A DNA stretch of 63,998 nt, the filler included, from Ionaspis alba (taxonomy: Eukaryota), in assembly GCA_964255285.1 (NCBI GenBank). It is 6 parts of 6 records of this genome, joined end to end, with 100 filler letters (N's around TTAATTAATTAA, not from the genome) between each part and the next. Parts side by side here need not be neighbours in the genome. Positions count along the whole stretch, not along the records: positions 55,268 to 63,998 come from CAXUUL010000708.1; 5 more parts are not named here. The stretch is one strand, 5' to 3'. How positions within the stretch are numbered: position 1 is the first letter of the stretch; every line of letters begins with the position of its first letter. Position numbers and translations under genes: made by a program. This document shows, in pieces, positions 62,701-63,998 of this stretch. Below the pieces are notes generated by a model. The model worked only from the letters and a program-made list of their open reading frames with translations. It did not search any database and had not been told where the DNA came from.

Positions 62701-63998
62701 GTTGTTTCAAAACGAGATCGCCTTCATCGACCTCCGCCACAGTCTTTCTCGAGGCCCTTTGCACGGAAACCCACTGCTGTGGCCGAGCCCACTTCTGCAG
62801 TGGAGGCAATAGAAGCAGCCGTGCCTGTCGATAAACCTGTACTGGCTCTCCAGACACAACCTCTCCCGTCTGCCCCTTTTGCTGGCTACAATTTCGGAAA
62901 ACCCGCTAGCGCACCTCCCACAAACGGGATGCTCTTCAACCTTGATGGGGAGAAGGAATTTCTCTCGCTCTCTCCGAGGAAAGGATCAGAAGTCTCTGGA
63001 TCGAGTAGCTCTGGTATCATGAGCTTCACTGCCATGAACGCTATATTGCCAACGCCTGAATCAGTACTAAGCGAGGATGAGGTGTGGAATGAGTATGACG
63101 AGCTCCTCGATCATGTCGCGTCGCCCGCATCGGTAGTGCCGGGCTCACCTGATCGAGACCAGCTTCTCAACAGCTTCCCCAGTCTGAGCAAGCTCCGAAG
63201 TCGTGAGGCTCCACCTTCGGGAAAAGCCAAGCAAGAATCGCCTGTCATTGTGAAGGATCGAAGTTCTGGAAGTACTACCATCTCTGCAACTTCCCCATTG
63301 TCTCCTCCCCCTCAAAGGGGCTTGCCAGTTCGTCCAGATATTCTAGAGCTTCCATCACCCCATCGATCAGAAGCTTACCCTCTCACGCCAATGTCGTTCT
63401 CCGAAATCTACGCCGGGTATGGAAACCGATCGAGCGCCGGTATAACTCCCAATCGGCAGAGCACAACCTCGGGCAGTCGGTACAGCTCGCAGACCATGAT
63501 ATCCAGATCAGGGTCCAGCAGCAGCAGCGAACACGCCAAGCGCTACACCCGCATCATGGCCGAGAAAACAAGAACCCTCTCCAACAGCCCCGACAACCTC
63601 CGCTTTACAGCTCTCATGGCTTCCCGCTGGCTTTCCTTCGACCGCGTCCTCTTCAGTCCCGTCAGCGAAGAAATCCGCGCCAACCGTCAAGATCGCGTCC
63701 TTGTTCTCGACGGCCTCGGCAACGACGACTGGTCCTCTTACTGCGCTTTCACCTATCCCTCCGCTACCGTCTACAATCTCAGTTCCTCCCCCTCATCCTC
63801 AAAACTCCGCGACTCCTCTTCCACCACCTCCTCGTCGACTTGGCAACCTCCATCCAACCACCGTCAGATCCTCCACCCCAGCATCGCTCACCCCTTCCCC
63901 TTCCCTAAATCCTTCTTCACGGCCGTCGTCTTCCGCTTTCCAACCGCCAACTCCGAATCCGCCTACCGCAACGCTATCTCCGAATGCAAGCGCGTGCT
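59773..63998 (+). CDS. Large Ser/Pro-rich fungal protein with C-terminal SAM-dependent methyltransferase-like domain (runs off the window)
   Basis: Frame from ATG 59773 appears open to the window end (>1400 codons, spot-checked; absent from the ORF track because it has no stop). C-terminal LMASRWLSFDRVLFSP...RVLVLDGLGNDDWS...FPFPKSFFTAVVFRFP...ISECKRVL. Confidence 0.8.
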   Translation, partial: MASRLLYGAKAHKRRDEEEEKRTAEQSTGATSKRLSTIPRPTNTSKIPSHTTSLFSRSKSNLSDENSSTRGRKPLVSQARPVEHMYRETSSEQRSKDSPASGISRSLGLGLNLRSEVSSIPTSTKSAPVPRNRLRRKPSSIDQRSRYAQSESSKSSYDPVPPPRAIETASSPGGYADPFPGSILGISIPAVSSSTSKMPTVRSTPTAYATSSSRMAQYMSSKPPPNIYTQDLPPPLPTPTYAGRSSSTSTRCSESPGPFSRTSTPTSISSHSPGIVLPPKFSSRLGPQLSPTRSRPPVTRRKVGGPPQTADPVDSQGLTALRESQTSSSSSSTVKAPESNAVTGSTQTSTRTKSEHPQSALLLRSTSRRLPKLSTLPRDGQHQDQAQTGSRDQDAFTSRMQQPVSSLTKIPTSTSSLKLPPQRPSREGTPSLFSQSSSPVIQSNMSHLATTGHKRRESMEKAVLASPSKVDGPSTSRQPLVRSDSINSNSSKKKVRLPSPGTTGRISPHLYSQDKPQARETRPLKAELHNKLSKRDPSPTVGGPAKSPSRFGLFSRKAKPSLEASTAAPSERPAKKGPAAGTGHEGYGKYARRGRGGSASTSASRGRSSSTDRTSMSGGRPTSSRKSSFAGESKPQLDDFYKERLEPVVIGGGGKVKENRNSGASLYRLSSAESSVSMTSSADFSPRYGMMPQKIRRQDDDFATGKPDVTDTRRDSRTLLPAPELATPRNHDSYVEVQTLAHRRSLHRSQLFKEAEPLKIPQPINTRTLEPSPSLDSRESEPLSVPPTGSTFNRIDDLSEGHEGNWLKPRKAQEKIKQPRKWNFFQRAHHSPKKAVFPDYMDEVVDSQESLASSTKPLDFRSVAHYAMLDSSEQEDPESLEDLLRVIEDDLDLRKRSRTAAPLAPTSATREREYSMLLPSPPKFPATFTEIERSSSPKVFFNQPSAPQEPIPTPIAPETVVKSKEPRLQQIGRIPRVVSKRDRLHRPPPQSFSRPFARKPTAVAEPTSAVEAIEAAVPVDKPVLALQTQPLPSAPFAGYNFGKPASAPPTNGMLFNLDGEKEFLSLSPRKGSEVSGSSSSGIMSFTAMNAILPTPESVLSEDEVWNEYDELLDHVASPASVVPGSPDRDQLLNSFPSLSKLRSREAPPSGKAKQESPVIVKDRSSGSTTISATSPLSPPPQRGLPVRPDILELPSPHRSEAYPLTPMSFSEIYAGYGNRSSAGITPNRQSTTSGSRYSSQTMISRSGSSSSSEHAKRYTRIMAEKTRTLSNSPDNLRFTALMASRWLSFDRVLFSPVSEEIRANRQDRVLVLDGLGNDDWSSYCAFTYPSATVYNLSSSPSSSKLRDSSSTTSSSTWQPPSNHRQILHPSIAHPFPFPKSFFTAVVFRFPTANSESAYRNAISECKRV

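Noticed and set aside
1..63998. tRNA, rRNA, CRISPR arrays, Starship captain or secondary-metabolite cluster
   Set aside because: None recognised by eye: no spaced repeat arrays, no tyrosine recombinase, no PKS/NRPS. Small ncRNAs cannot be excluded without covariance searches.

Overview
Gene-dense genomic DNA from a filamentous ascomycete (Pezizomycotina-type short GT-AG introns with CTRAC branch points), broken by seven 100-N scaffold gaps; five of the gaps contain an artificial TTAATTAATTAA spacer. Most genes are conserved housekeeping genes: SEC6, two mitoribosomal proteins, SNU66/SART1, a SYM1-like gene, PLB, RQC2/NEMF, RAD21, PMR1, MIR1 and a THO1-like gene, plus bZIP and Zn2Cys6 transcription factors. 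Several accessory loci sit between them. The best candidate for an undescribed system is a ~4.5 kb two-gene island between the two mitoribosomal genes. It holds an intronless 660-aa protein with a GIY-YIG nuclease motif set and three C4 zinc fingers (one GATA-like), and, divergently, a 4-exon 228-aa Lys/Glu-rich coiled-coil orphan that the ORF track does not assemble. Other points of interest are a HeLo-kinase-like (MLKL-like architecture) gene, an RGS-LOV-type photoreceptor, a frameshifted SDR, a DUF1223 gene with premature stops, a hidden Ty3/Gypsy RT remnant and a decayed inverted repeat. All family assignments come from motif recognition by eye, not from database searches.
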